Source: Devosia sp. (GTDB lineage: Bacteria > Pseudomonadota > Alphaproteobacteria > Rhizobiales > Devosiaceae). From it: a stretch of 64,000 bases of DNA. Made by a program: the position numbers and the translations under genes. Below, in pieces: positions 56,095 to 64,000 of the stretch (its first letter is position 1; each line of letters starts with the position of its first letter). The notes under the pieces were generated by a model. It did no database searches, was not told where the DNA came from, and worked only from the letters and a program-made list of their open reading frames with translations. The stretch lies in assembly GCA_035565135.1 (NCBI GenBank), contig DATMSY010000021.1, positions 17,589-81,588 of the forward strand, read 5' to 3'.

Positions 56095-57378
56095 CTACTG
56101 GCCGGACGCGTATTGCTGGATCGAGCGATCGATCTCTTGGGCGAACTGCTCTGGGGTGATTTCACCCAAGCCCAGCAACTGACTCTGTCGGAAGAGCGTG
56201 TCCACTGTGGCGGCGTCGAGCTTGACGTCCCACACGCGGGCATAGTCGCTGACCGCCGCCATATCGGTGAGGATATCGCGATAAATGGCCGGCATATCGT
56301 CGGTCATTTCGATCTTGGTGGAGGGCAGGCCGCCATAGGTATTGTGGCTGATGTCGCCGAAGCGCTCGACCATGAAAGACAGGAAATCCTTCAGCTCGTC
56401 AGTCGCCGCGTCTGCACGGATTGCAGTGCCGATGCCCGAGTGGGCATAAAAGTCATTGGGGCCGGTCACATCGTTCCCGTCGATAATCGGCATCTTGAAA
56501 TAGGCGATGTCGTCGCGCAGCGCCTTGTTCTCGTCGAGGAGGCTGGCGATCTCCCAGGTGCCAACATAATAGATGGCCGACTGCCCGCTAAGGAACATGT
56601 TCAGCGCCGTGGTATAATCCGTGGAGGCGAAGCCCTGCTGGAAGCAGTTGGCACCGAGTTCCTGGAAGAAGCGGGCATCTTCGAGCCCCACTTCGCTCGC
56701 CATGGACTCTTCGCCGACCTTGAGCTTATCGAGAAATTCGTTGCCCATGCGCCGCCAGGACGGCATGGAAAGGTAGCGGTACATCGGCCAGCCTTCCTTG
56801 CCGGCCACCGAGATCGGCGTCAGCCCAGCGCCCTTGAGCGCGGTGCACGAAGCAAGGAAATCGTCGATGGTCTTGGGTAGCTCAAGGCCAGCCTGCTCGA
56901 ACATGTCCTTGTGATAGTAGAAGTATTCGACATTGGCCTCGAACGGAATAAGCCAGAGGCTGCCGTCGTCGAAGCGCTCATAATCCAAGGTGAACGGAAT
57001 GAACTTCTCGGTGACGCCGATCTCGTCGAAGATCTCGCCGATATTGGCAACGAGACCGGCCTCCACGATGTCCTCGAAATAAGGCTCCGCGTCGGCGTCG
57101 AACAGTTCCGGCAGCTCGCCGCTCGTCGCCAGGATTTTCACCTTCTGCAGATAGGCCGGGCGGTCGGGGATATTTTCGATGGTGACGTCGAAGTCGGGAT
57201 GGGTTTGCTTGTATTCGGCGACGACGTCAATGAAAGCCTTGATGACCGGGCCATCCATGCTCTTTGCGGTCAGATAGTGGTAAGTCTCCGCCTGTGCGGC
57301 CACGGCTCCCATGGCGAGAATTAACGCCCCCGTTGCGACACCTGCCAAGGTGCGCCCAGCATGCATATTGCGAACCAT
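56095..57378 (-). CDS. Carbohydrate ABC transporter substrate-binding protein
   Basis: Signal peptide; LPELF, YYHKDMFEQAGL and YYVGTW motifs; GGGAGGA RBS. Confidence 0.92.
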   Translation of the reverse strand: MVRNMHAGRTLAGVATGALILAMGAVAAQAETYHYLTAKSMDGPVIKAFIDVVAEYKQTHPDFDVTIENIPDRPAYLQKVKILATSGELPELFDADAEPYFEDIVEAGLVANIGEIFDEIGVTEKFIPFTLDYERFDDGSLWLIPFEANVEYFYYHKDMFEQAGLELPKTIDDFLASCTALKGAGLTPISVAGKEGWPMYRYLSMPSWRRMGNEFLDKLKVGEESMASEVGLEDARFFQELGANCFQQGFASTDYTTALNMFLSGQSAIYYVGTWEIASLLDENKALRDDIAYFKMPIIDGNDVTGPNDFYAHSGIGTAIRADAATDELKDFLSFMVERFGDISHNTYGGLPSTKIEMTDDMPAIYRDILTDMAAVSDYARVWDVKLDAATVDTLFRQSQLLGLGEITPEQFAQEIDRSIQQYASGQ

Positions 57379-57411
57379 AATATTCCTCCCTGCAAGCAGC
57401 CTTGATTGACT

Positions 57412-57517
57412 GCTAACTCGTGTTAGCTTTTTCGCCGTACCAAATGCGAAACCTGTTCGCCTATCCTCGGGCTTAAGGTCGCTTGTCATCCAACGGCGGT
57501 TGCTAACACGCGTTAGC
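57412..57517. promoter_or_regulatory. Two LacI-type operators GCTAAC-N4-GTTAGC
   Basis: GCTAACTCGTGTTAGC at 57412-57427 and GCTAACACGCGTTAGC at 57502-57517. Confidence 0.8.
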
Positions 57518-57571
57518 TAAGATAGGTTGTTCGTCATTGTCAACGGGAAATCCGGCGAATAAGAATTCCGC

Positions 57572-58636
57572 ATGACGAAAGCCCCAACAGCCACGGACGT
57601 GGCGCGACGCGCCGAAGTATCCCGCAGCGCCGTTTCGCTCGTCCTTGGCGGTCGCGCTAAAGATGCCCGTCTCAGCGAAGAGACCCAGGAGCGCATCCGG
57701 AAAGCAGCGGCCGAGCTGAACTATCGCCCGAATGCCGCGGCGCGGAGCTTGGTGCGAGGGAGAACAGAGGTAATCGGCCTCGTCATTCGAGACATCGACC
57801 TGATCGGGATCGACCCTTTTCTCCTGCCTCTACTCGATGGCATTCTCGACGCGACGCGTGACCAGGGCTACCGAGTGCTGGTGGAGAGCGTGCGCGCCGG
57901 GGGGGGCAATCCTTTCGGTGACCTCATGGATTCCGGCCGCATCGATGGGATGATCGTCGAGAACCCGAACTATGGCGACAAATCCCTCCGTCGTCTCATA
58001 AAGGCCGGGCGCCCCGTGGTGGTTATGGGTTCTCAAGGCATCAAGGAAGAGGTCTCCGTCCGTATCGACGATTTCCAGGTCGGTTATGTCGCCACCCAAC
58101 ACCTCGCATCCTTGGGCCGGCGGCGCATCGCGCACATCGCCTATGCCGAGCGCGGCATTTATGCGGTCGACAAGCGCCTCGATGGATATCGGAGCGCCAT
58201 GCAGAAAGGCGGTGTGCCTGTCCACGACGACCTTGTCATTCATGCTAGCTTTAGTATGGAGAGCGGCTATCGCGCCATGAAGAAGCTTCTCGACGGCAAA
58301 GAGTTGCCGGACGCGGTCTTTGCCGGTAGCGACGCGGTCGCAATGGGTGTTATCGCCGCGATACAAGACGCAGGTCATACGGTTCCAGGCGATATCGCGG
58401 TCGCTAGCGTCGACAACATCGATGCAGCACGCTTCTTCAGACCCGCCCTGACGACTGTGACCAGCGAGCCCTATGCGTGCGGTCGGGTTGCGGCACAGAT
58501 GCTCATCGAGCTCATGAACGGACGTCAGCCTGTAGAACAAAATGTCCTTGTCGACACGCGATTGATCGTACGGGGATCTACTAATCCAATATATGCGGAG
58601 GTACTCTCGTCGCTTGGTGAGCGGCGCCCCCTTTAG
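57572..58636 (+). CDS. LacI-family transcriptional regulator
   Basis: DVARRAEVSRSAVS, YRPNAAARSL, VPGDIAVASVD and PALTTV motifs. Confidence 0.95.
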   Translation: MTKAPTATDVARRAEVSRSAVSLVLGGRAKDARLSEETQERIRKAAAELNYRPNAAARSLVRGRTEVIGLVIRDIDLIGIDPFLLPLLDGILDATRDQGYRVLVESVRAGGGNPFGDLMDSGRIDGMIVENPNYGDKSLRRLIKAGRPVVVMGSQGIKEEVSVRIDDFQVGYVATQHLASLGRRRIAHIAYAERGIYAVDKRLDGYRSAMQKGGVPVHDDLVIHASFSMESGYRAMKKLLDGKELPDAVFAGSDAVAMGVIAAIQDAGHTVPGDIAVASVDNIDAARFFRPALTTVTSEPYACGRVAAQMLIELMNGRQPVEQNVLVDTRLIVRGSTNPIYAEVLSSLGERRPL

Positions 58637-58717
58637 CTCCGCATTTGGCTGGCGAAAGCCTTAGGCCACTGATCGGAAGATGCGTTGCAGTGAAATTTTG
58701 CCCAGGGCTCAGCGCGA

Positions 58718-59602
58718 TTAGCTTTTGTACTGCTTGCGGAACTCGTTGGGCGTAAAGGCGGTTTCGCGCCTGAAGAACTTGCCGAAATTGGTCGCCTCCT
58801 CGAAGCCCAGGCCCTCAGCAATCAGGTAAATCGGCCTGTCGGTGTGGACGAGGATCCGCTTGGCCTCGAGGACGATACGAGCAGTGATGACGCTTTTGGC
58901 GCTCTGCCCCGTTGCCTCCAAAGCGGCCCGCGTCAGACTTTTCTCGGTACAGCCTAGGGCCGATGCATAGACCGCCACCTGGTGCCAGCCGGCATAGTTC
59001 TGCTCGACCAGCCGGCGAAATCTGGCATAACGCTCTATGCTCAGACTGCGCGACGCGTTGGCGCCCAAATGCTGGTCCTGCAGGATAGCAAGGCGCAACA
59101 GCAGCGTGCAAAGCTCGTAGCGCAACAGGGCGTGCAGGTCCTTGGGTAGCACAGAGCTTGCCGCATCACGTTGCATCCGCGCGATCGCCTCGTTCACGGC
59201 AACAAAATCGTCGGCGGACAACGACAGGTGATCCGGAAGCCGATCCAGGCCGAGTACCGGCAGCAGATCGGTGGCGGTCTGCGTTTCCGACGGCAGGAAC
59301 TCGGCACGGAACAGGACCATCCATCCGTCCCAGCCCTCGATGCTGCCAAAGCTGTGAATCTGCCCGGGCCACAAAACCAGGAGCGATCCGGCTACGCAAT
59401 TGACCGGCTGAAAATCCACCACCTGGGTCACCGCCCCTTCGGTGACGCAGATCAACGTGTGGAAGGAATAATGATACAGCGCCAGGAGCTGCTGGGCCGC
59501 CACGCGGCGCCGCAAATCCGAAAAATGAAATATCTCAACGTCAAGGTCGCGTCCGCTCGGACGGTAGTTGAGCTGATCCGGCGCTGTTGGGTTCTTTGCC
59601 AT
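58718..59602 (-). CDS. AraC-family transcriptional regulator
   Basis: N-terminal cupin-like region; IAEGLGFEEATNFGKFFRR and TPNEFRK C-terminal HTH. Confidence 0.93.
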   Translation of the reverse strand: MAKNPTAPDQLNYRPSGRDLDVEIFHFSDLRRRVAAQQLLALYHYSFHTLICVTEGAVTQVVDFQPVNCVAGSLLVLWPGQIHSFGSIEGWDGWMVLFRAEFLPSETQTATDLLPVLGLDRLPDHLSLSADDFVAVNEAIARMQRDAASSVLPKDLHALLRYELCTLLLRLAILQDQHLGANASRSLSIERYARFRRLVEQNYAGWHQVAVYASALGCTEKSLTRAALEATGQSAKSVITARIVLEAKRILVHTDRPIYLIAEGLGFEEATNFGKFFRRETAFTPNEFRKQYKS

Positions 59603-59753
59603 CCGAATTCCACCAATCCCATCACTTGTCCGATAAGTATCATATTTTGGCGTCTATGTGCCGTGACGGAGCATAGTTCAGCTCATTATTACCATTCTCA
59701 TGAACCGCGAGCTTTTCGCGGCAGATTCCAACATCTGCAATGAGAGATCGAAA

Positions 59754-60140
59754 ATGACTAATATTGACATCGCCAAGAGCTACATCAAAGCTGTCCAAAC
59801 CAACGACCAAGCCGCGCTTGGCAACCTGCTGTCCCCGCTGATTGTCTGGCATCAACCGGGCAATAACCAGTTCTCTGGCACCAAAAACGGCATTGCCGAA
59901 TTTGGCGCCATGATGGGCGGCATGATGGAGAAGTCTGGCGGTACTTTCGCCATTACCCACGCCCATCGCTATGTCGCCAACGGCGACCTTGTTGCCATCG
60001 AGATTGAATTCGCCGGCCAGCGCGAAGGCGCCAAGGTTGACCAGGCCGGCATCGATCTACTGCGCATTACAGACGGTAAGATCGTCGAAGTGTGGCTGTT
60101 TTCCTCAAACCCCGAGCAGGAAGACGCGTTCTGGGGCTGA
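59754..60140 (+). CDS. NTF2/SnoaL-like protein
   Basis: IVWHQPG, DGKIVEVW and EDAFWG motifs; 128 aa. Confidence 0.85.
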   Translation: MTNIDIAKSYIKAVQTNDQAALGNLLSPLIVWHQPGNNQFSGTKNGIAEFGAMMGGMMEKSGGTFAITHAHRYVANGDLVAIEIEFAGQREGAKVDQAGIDLLRITDGKIVEVWLFSSNPEQEDAFWG

Positions 60141-60207
60141 TAAGTCACAGTATTCAGGGCAGCGGACAGAAGCCTTGCTGCACTTTCCAAATTCCAGGAG
60201 TTCCACC

Positions 60208-60579
60208 ATGACCGAGACTAACAAGCAGATCGTCATGACCGCCTATCAGCGCATTTTCGGTGATCTGGATGTGTCAGCGGTAGACGAATGCATGAGCAAG
60301 GATTTTATCCAGCACAATCCGACGACTCCCGACGGCCCAGAAGGGGTGAAGCAGCTCCTACAAATGCTTATTTCGCAGGGGGTGCCGAAGCAGAAATTCG
60401 AATACAAACATGTGCTTGCCGACGGCGATATCGTCATGCTGCACACCCCTTACGAAATGGCGGGTAAGGAGTGGCGTTTCATTGATATCTATCGCGTCGA
60501 GGACGGCAAACTGGCCGAGCACTGGGATGCAATGATGCAGATGCCGGACACGCCCGCGCACAATAACCCGCTGTTTTAG
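60208..60579 (+). CDS. NTF2/SnoaL-like (ester cyclase-like) protein
   Basis: FIQHNP, ADGDIV and DIYRVEDGKLAEHWD motifs; AGGAG RBS. Confidence 0.88.
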   Translation: MTETNKQIVMTAYQRIFGDLDVSAVDECMSKDFIQHNPTTPDGPEGVKQLLQMLISQGVPKQKFEYKHVLADGDIVMLHTPYEMAGKEWRFIDIYRVEDGKLAEHWDAMMQMPDTPAHNNPLF

Positions 60580-61034
60580 CGCTGGAATTCAAGGAGCCTG
60601 GGAGGCAGTCGTTGCCGCCTCTGGTCACGTTGGCGAATCTCGTAAAGCACAGCAACGATGATCTTGGGCCTAAGCTGCCTATCAGCTGGCCGGAACAGCA
60701 GCGAGAGCCCAGAGGATTGGTATGTGGCCGTGATCCTCACCAACGAGACCGTCCAAGAGGCGGCGGAAGTGTATTGGCGGCGGGACCGCTGCAAGGCAAG
60801 GCGTACGCCGCAAAATAACGTCGCCTCTCGCGGCCACACGCGCCCGTTATCAACCTGGGCCGAGGGTCGATGGCCAACAAGCTGATAATCCTGCCGTTGG
60901 CCACCTGTCGCGCCCGTGTGGGTTTTCGGGCTACTGTGCTCGCGCAGCATACTATTTCGACTACACTTTCCGATGCTTTCAAGCCTGTTGGTCTCCAGCG
61001 CCACAACCATGCGGCGGCACAAAGGAGATCACAT

Positions 61035-61472
61035 ATGAAACTCATCGCGCTCGACTTTAACCTGCGGGGCCATCAGATTAGCCGGCGGGTAGAGGACCTC
61101 GATCCACGACACTTCACCCCGGCGCAGCACGACGCTCTCGTCAACGGCAGCAGTGTGACGACCATCTCCCGCAGAGGGCGCACCGACTATCAGCTCGCCA
61201 AGAGCCGGTGCGCCTCCAATGAGAAGAACCCCATCAAACCGACACGTCGGCGCAAGACGACGGAGACGAAGCCCAAGAGGGTCACGCGGCCGGAACGGCT
61301 CATGGAACTCATCGGCCGCGATATAGGCGTCAGCCTATCCGAGCTGGTAGGCGAGTTCAGTATCCAGCCTCATACAGCCCGCGCCTATATCAGCACGGTC
61401 AGCCGGAAGCATAATGTGAAGACTGTACTGCGGGAGGGACGGTACTATCTGCAGCAGGAGCTCAGGCAGTAA
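61035..61472 (+). CDS. Basic protein with a C-terminal DUF3489-like winged helix
   Basis: AAAGGAG RBS; LMELIGRDIGVSLSEL...QPHTARAYIS resembles the DUF3489 QPHTVR motif. Confidence 0.65.
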   Translation: MKLIALDFNLRGHQISRRVEDLDPRHFTPAQHDALVNGSSVTTISRRGRTDYQLAKSRCASNEKNPIKPTRRRKTTETKPKRVTRPERLMELIGRDIGVSLSELVGEFSIQPHTARAYISTVSRKHNVKTVLREGRYYLQQELRQ

Positions 61473-61614
61473 AGAGCCTGCGGCGCCTGCCACATTGCTG
61501 GGTTGGCCACTGCTTCTTCCATCACCTCTTGCCGAAGGGCCGCGGATAGAGGGCCCAGCCTTCTTCCTTTGCGCGGCCGCACGGCCGAATTGGCCGTCTG
61601 GCGCGCTTTACCCG

Positions 61615-62223
61615 TCAATTCAGATGGCTCACCCAATGCTCCTCCGACACGATCGCGATGGGATAACCCTGCTCGCGCCATTCGACCGCCTGTTCGATTT
61701 TGTTGCCGAACAATGAATGCTTCCAGGACTCGGTGGCATAGATACCAATAACAAGGACGTTCGTTTTCTGGGCAATGCCGCCGACCGTTGCTCCTCGCTC
61801 AATAACGGCAGCCTCACAGTGCTTACGCTGCCCGTAGTTGAAGGTACCCGTAAAGGTGTACCGCAGACCTGAGAATGTTAACGCCGGGGCCGGCTGGCAT
61901 AGTGGGAGCGTTGTCGCTTTGAGCGGCTCGCCGATCTCAAAATCCTGACGGGAGAACCGACTTAGCGTATCTAGCAATTCGACCTTTTCGTCTTCATCCG
62001 CGATCCCATCTGCGAGAACATCGTCGATGCGCCGATAGAGCACGCGGATTAGCGGCTGCTGGCTCACCTCCATATTCGCCACGAGCCATTTCTGGAGAAA
62101 TTCGACCTCAGCCTGATTGATGTGACCGTCTGCAATAAGACCCCGAGAAATGCCAATCAGCTCATCGATCTGCCGGCTCTCAATGCGATCGCCGCCTACA
62201 CGATTATAGAATTCGTCGTCCAT
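61615..62223 (-). CDS. BRCT-domain protein with an N-terminal TerB-like helical region
   Basis: ADGHINQAE and ADGIADEDE repeats; FTGTF...GA...VLVIG...IVSEEHW BRCT pattern; GAGGGG RBS. Confidence 0.82.
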   Translation of the reverse strand: MDDEFYNRVGGDRIESRQIDELIGISRGLIADGHINQAEVEFLQKWLVANMEVSQQPLIRVLYRRIDDVLADGIADEDEKVELLDTLSRFSRQDFEIGEPLKATTLPLCQPAPALTFSGLRYTFTGTFNYGQRKHCEAAVIERGATVGGIAQKTNVLVIGIYATESWKHSLFGNKIEQAVEWREQGYPIAIVSEEHWVSHLN

Positions 62224-62347
62224 TAGTGCCCCCTCAAACACTCGAATCTATATTGCAGTAACAACGAGATTGATTACGGAAATCCAAATGATGACTTTTC
62301 TTTCTCCTTCAAGCGCGAGCTAGATCTGCATCAATGTGTTGATAAAC

Positions 62348-62380
62348 AAAAGGCCCCGACACGAAATGCCGGGGCCCCTT
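62348..62380. terminator. Intrinsic terminator of the omp gene (minus strand)
   Basis: aaaaggccccg...cggggcc hairpin; the A-run reads as a U-tract on the minus strand. Confidence 0.7.
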
Positions 62381-62408
62381 GGCTGCATTTTGGGAGTGCT
62401 GCCGAAAC

Positions 62409-63065
62409 CTAGAACTTAAAGTTCACACCAGCACGAACCACGTGCGACGTGAGATTGACGTCAACGCCTGTATCGAAGTCCGCAGCGCCGAAATCGGTAT
62501 AGAGGTATTCACCTTTGACCGTGACATTGTCGGTCACGGCATATTCAAGACCACCACCAACTGTCCAGCCGAGATAGTTATCGGTGAACTCAACGGAGCC
62601 GCCACCACCCGAGACCGAAATCGAACCCCGCGCCCAGGCAACACCGCCGGTGACGTAAGGCATGAAGCGATCCACGGCCAGACCGGCGCGAGCGCGGACA
62701 GTGCCGAAGAAATCGATACCGAGCTCGCCGGTTACACCGCCACCCAAGTCTTCGCTATACTTGATGTCGGAAAGCTGGACGTCGCCTTCGACACCGAGCA
62801 CAAAGCCGCCGAAGTCGTAGTTGTAACCAGCCTGGACACCACCAAAGACGCCGTTGATGTCGTCGAACGCAAAACCACCTTGTTCGATCTCAGCCCAACC
62901 ATAGCCAAGGTTTGCGCCAGCATAGAAACCCGACCAGTCGTAAGCGGACGTGAACGCGGTCGGAGCAGGCTGCTGTACAATGCCAAGATCAGCAGCGAAA
63001 GCGGTCGAAGTAGAGAGCAGGCCAGCTATGGCCATAAATGCAAATTTGTTCAATTGAACCCCCAT
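62409..63065 (-). CDS. Omp25/Omp31/RopB-family outer membrane beta-barrel protein
   Basis: AFAADL signal cleavage; WSGFYAG, GTVRARAG, GWTVGGGLEYA and EYLYTD motifs; C-terminal Phe; start may be TTG 63053. Confidence 0.92.
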   Translation of the reverse strand: MGVQLNKFAFMAIAGLLSTSTAFAADLGIVQQPAPTAFTSAYDWSGFYAGANLGYGWAEIEQGGFAFDDINGVFGGVQAGYNYDFGGFVLGVEGDVQLSDIKYSEDLGGGVTGELGIDFFGTVRARAGLAVDRFMPYVTGGVAWARGSISVSGGGGSVEFTDNYLGWTVGGGLEYAVTDNVTVKGEYLYTDFGAADFDTGVDVNLTSHVVRAGVNFKF

Positions 63066-63225
63066 TAAAAACATGATGATAAATAGTTCAACCTTATGAA
63101 AACGCCACCCTTTTTCATTCAGCCAATGAGCTAATGCACAATTAAGTGGCATTTCGAACACAGTTTAGCCACTTTCTATCAGGCCCGAGGGCCTGCTGGG
63201 TTCGGCGGAAGCAAGGCATCCGGCA

Positions 63226-63420
63226 TCAACCTTGATGCCGCCCATTTGCTGTTACCAGCACCGCAGATACGTGCAGCCCCAAAGACATCGCTAGCGAGAT
63301 TGCGACTATGGGTAGCGCAACCTTCCCCATTGCAAACGGACCAATCACTCCAGCCGCCAAGATGGCGAGCGCTATCCCATTCAGGAACTGCGCGATCGTT
63401 CGTTTCACTTCTCTGCTCAT
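63226..63420 (-). CDS. Small membrane protein (64 aa, two TM segments)
   Basis: GAGGAG RBS before MSREVKRTIAQFLNGIALAILAAGVIGP...; two hydrophobic helices. Confidence 0.65.
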   Translation of the reverse strand: MSREVKRTIAQFLNGIALAILAAGVIGPFAMGKVALPIVAISLAMSLGLHVSAVLVTANGRHQG

Positions 63421-63770
63421 GTCAATTCTCCTCGCACTCGAGAAGAATAGTGCACCGCCGAACGCGTAGGATTTCGGGGATAACTCTGAGATGCTGTTGC
63501 CGTTGCGCGGCCGCCTTCCGCCCCACGCTGGCCTAGTTGATTGGCTTCGGCGGCCCGCCTCATTCCAATGAGCTCTCAGGATCCCAGACGTCAGCAATCT
63601 TGGCGTATTCGCGCCAATTACCGCCATGCAATGAGGCCCGCCACGACGCCAACTCACTGGCTCGGGCCGCTGCCGCGCCAACGACCACATAGCTCTGTCG
63701 CTCAGAGCGGCCTCCGGTTGCTCAGGTGTTCCGCTAGACCGCTGCGGCATTCCAGCGATAGGATGGCACC

Positions 63771-64000
63771 ATGACCAAGAACCCCAATCGCATCCCGGAC
63801 GATCAGAACCAGGTCAGATACGCCCGACTGGAGGCGACGCCGTTCGGCCTTGCTCTCGTGGACGACGAACCAATTTGCGATGAAGGTGCCCGGTTGATCC
63901 TCGAAGATATTGATCGGCAGGTGAACGAGATCAGGGCCCGAGAGATAGCCGCACTCAATGCGCCTGTAGCAGGCTCCCCCACTCCACCGGCCAAACGCTA
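63771..64000 (+). CDS. Hypothetical protein (3'-truncated by the window edge)
   Basis: AGGA upstream of the ATG; frame MTKNPNRIPDDQNQVRYARLEATPFGL... stays open to the window end. Confidence 0.45.
   Translation, partial: MTKNPNRIPDDQNQVRYARLEATPFGLALVDDEPICDEGARLILEDIDRQVNEIRAREIAALNAPVAGSPTPPAKR

Noticed and set aside
60658-60885. 75-aa ORF containing WYVAVILTNETVQEAAEVYWRR
   Set aside because: Possibly a gene fragment, but it has no RBS or family signal and cannot be supported
1-64000. CRISPR arrays, tRNA/rRNA, riboswitches, IS elements
   Set aside because: No repeat-spacer periodicity, RNA gene signature or transposase motif was recognised by eye; an Infernal/Rfam scan would be needed to exclude small RNAs

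Overview
GC-rich alphaproteobacterial chromosomal segment (Hyphomicrobiales-like, by inference from gene content and Irr/RirA-type boxes). It is made almost entirely of regulator-plus-transporter catabolic modules. (1) 1-13.2 kb: hydroxyproline/proline-analogue cluster with a sugar-type ABC transporter, a GAF-only protein, a hydantoinase/oxoprolinase A/B pair and a Ser/Cys proline-racemase homologue, tied together by a repeated TGTCGACA palindrome. (2) 13.5-28 kb: LacI-associated phosphoester locus with a Na/Pi transporter, metallophosphoesterase, CX5R phosphatase, two inositol monophosphatases and an Fe3+-family ABC system with three paralogous binding proteins; six TTGCA-N6-TGCAA sites span it. 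This is the best candidate for an undescribed system (inferred intracellular inositol-phosphate/phosphodiester use with Pi export). (3) 28-37.5 kb: tripartite tricarboxylate transporter, DHDPS-family aldolase, DhaK/DhaL, RraA/HMG aldolase and an SDR. (4) 37.5-44 kb: TetR-linked CPYC flavoprotein, membrane methyltransferase and RND pump. (5) 44.5-45.9 kb: an AT-richer singleton with a restriction-endonuclease-like C-terminus. (6) 46-50 kb: methyltransferase and iron-chelate ABC with ICE and RirA-like boxes. (7) 50-58.6 kb: GH51, sugar ABC and polyol SDRs. (8) 58.7-64 kb: AraC/SnoaL genes followed by phage- or island-like genes. No rRNA, tRNA, CRISPR array, transposase or integrase was recognised. 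All product calls come from motif recognition by eye; no database searches were run.
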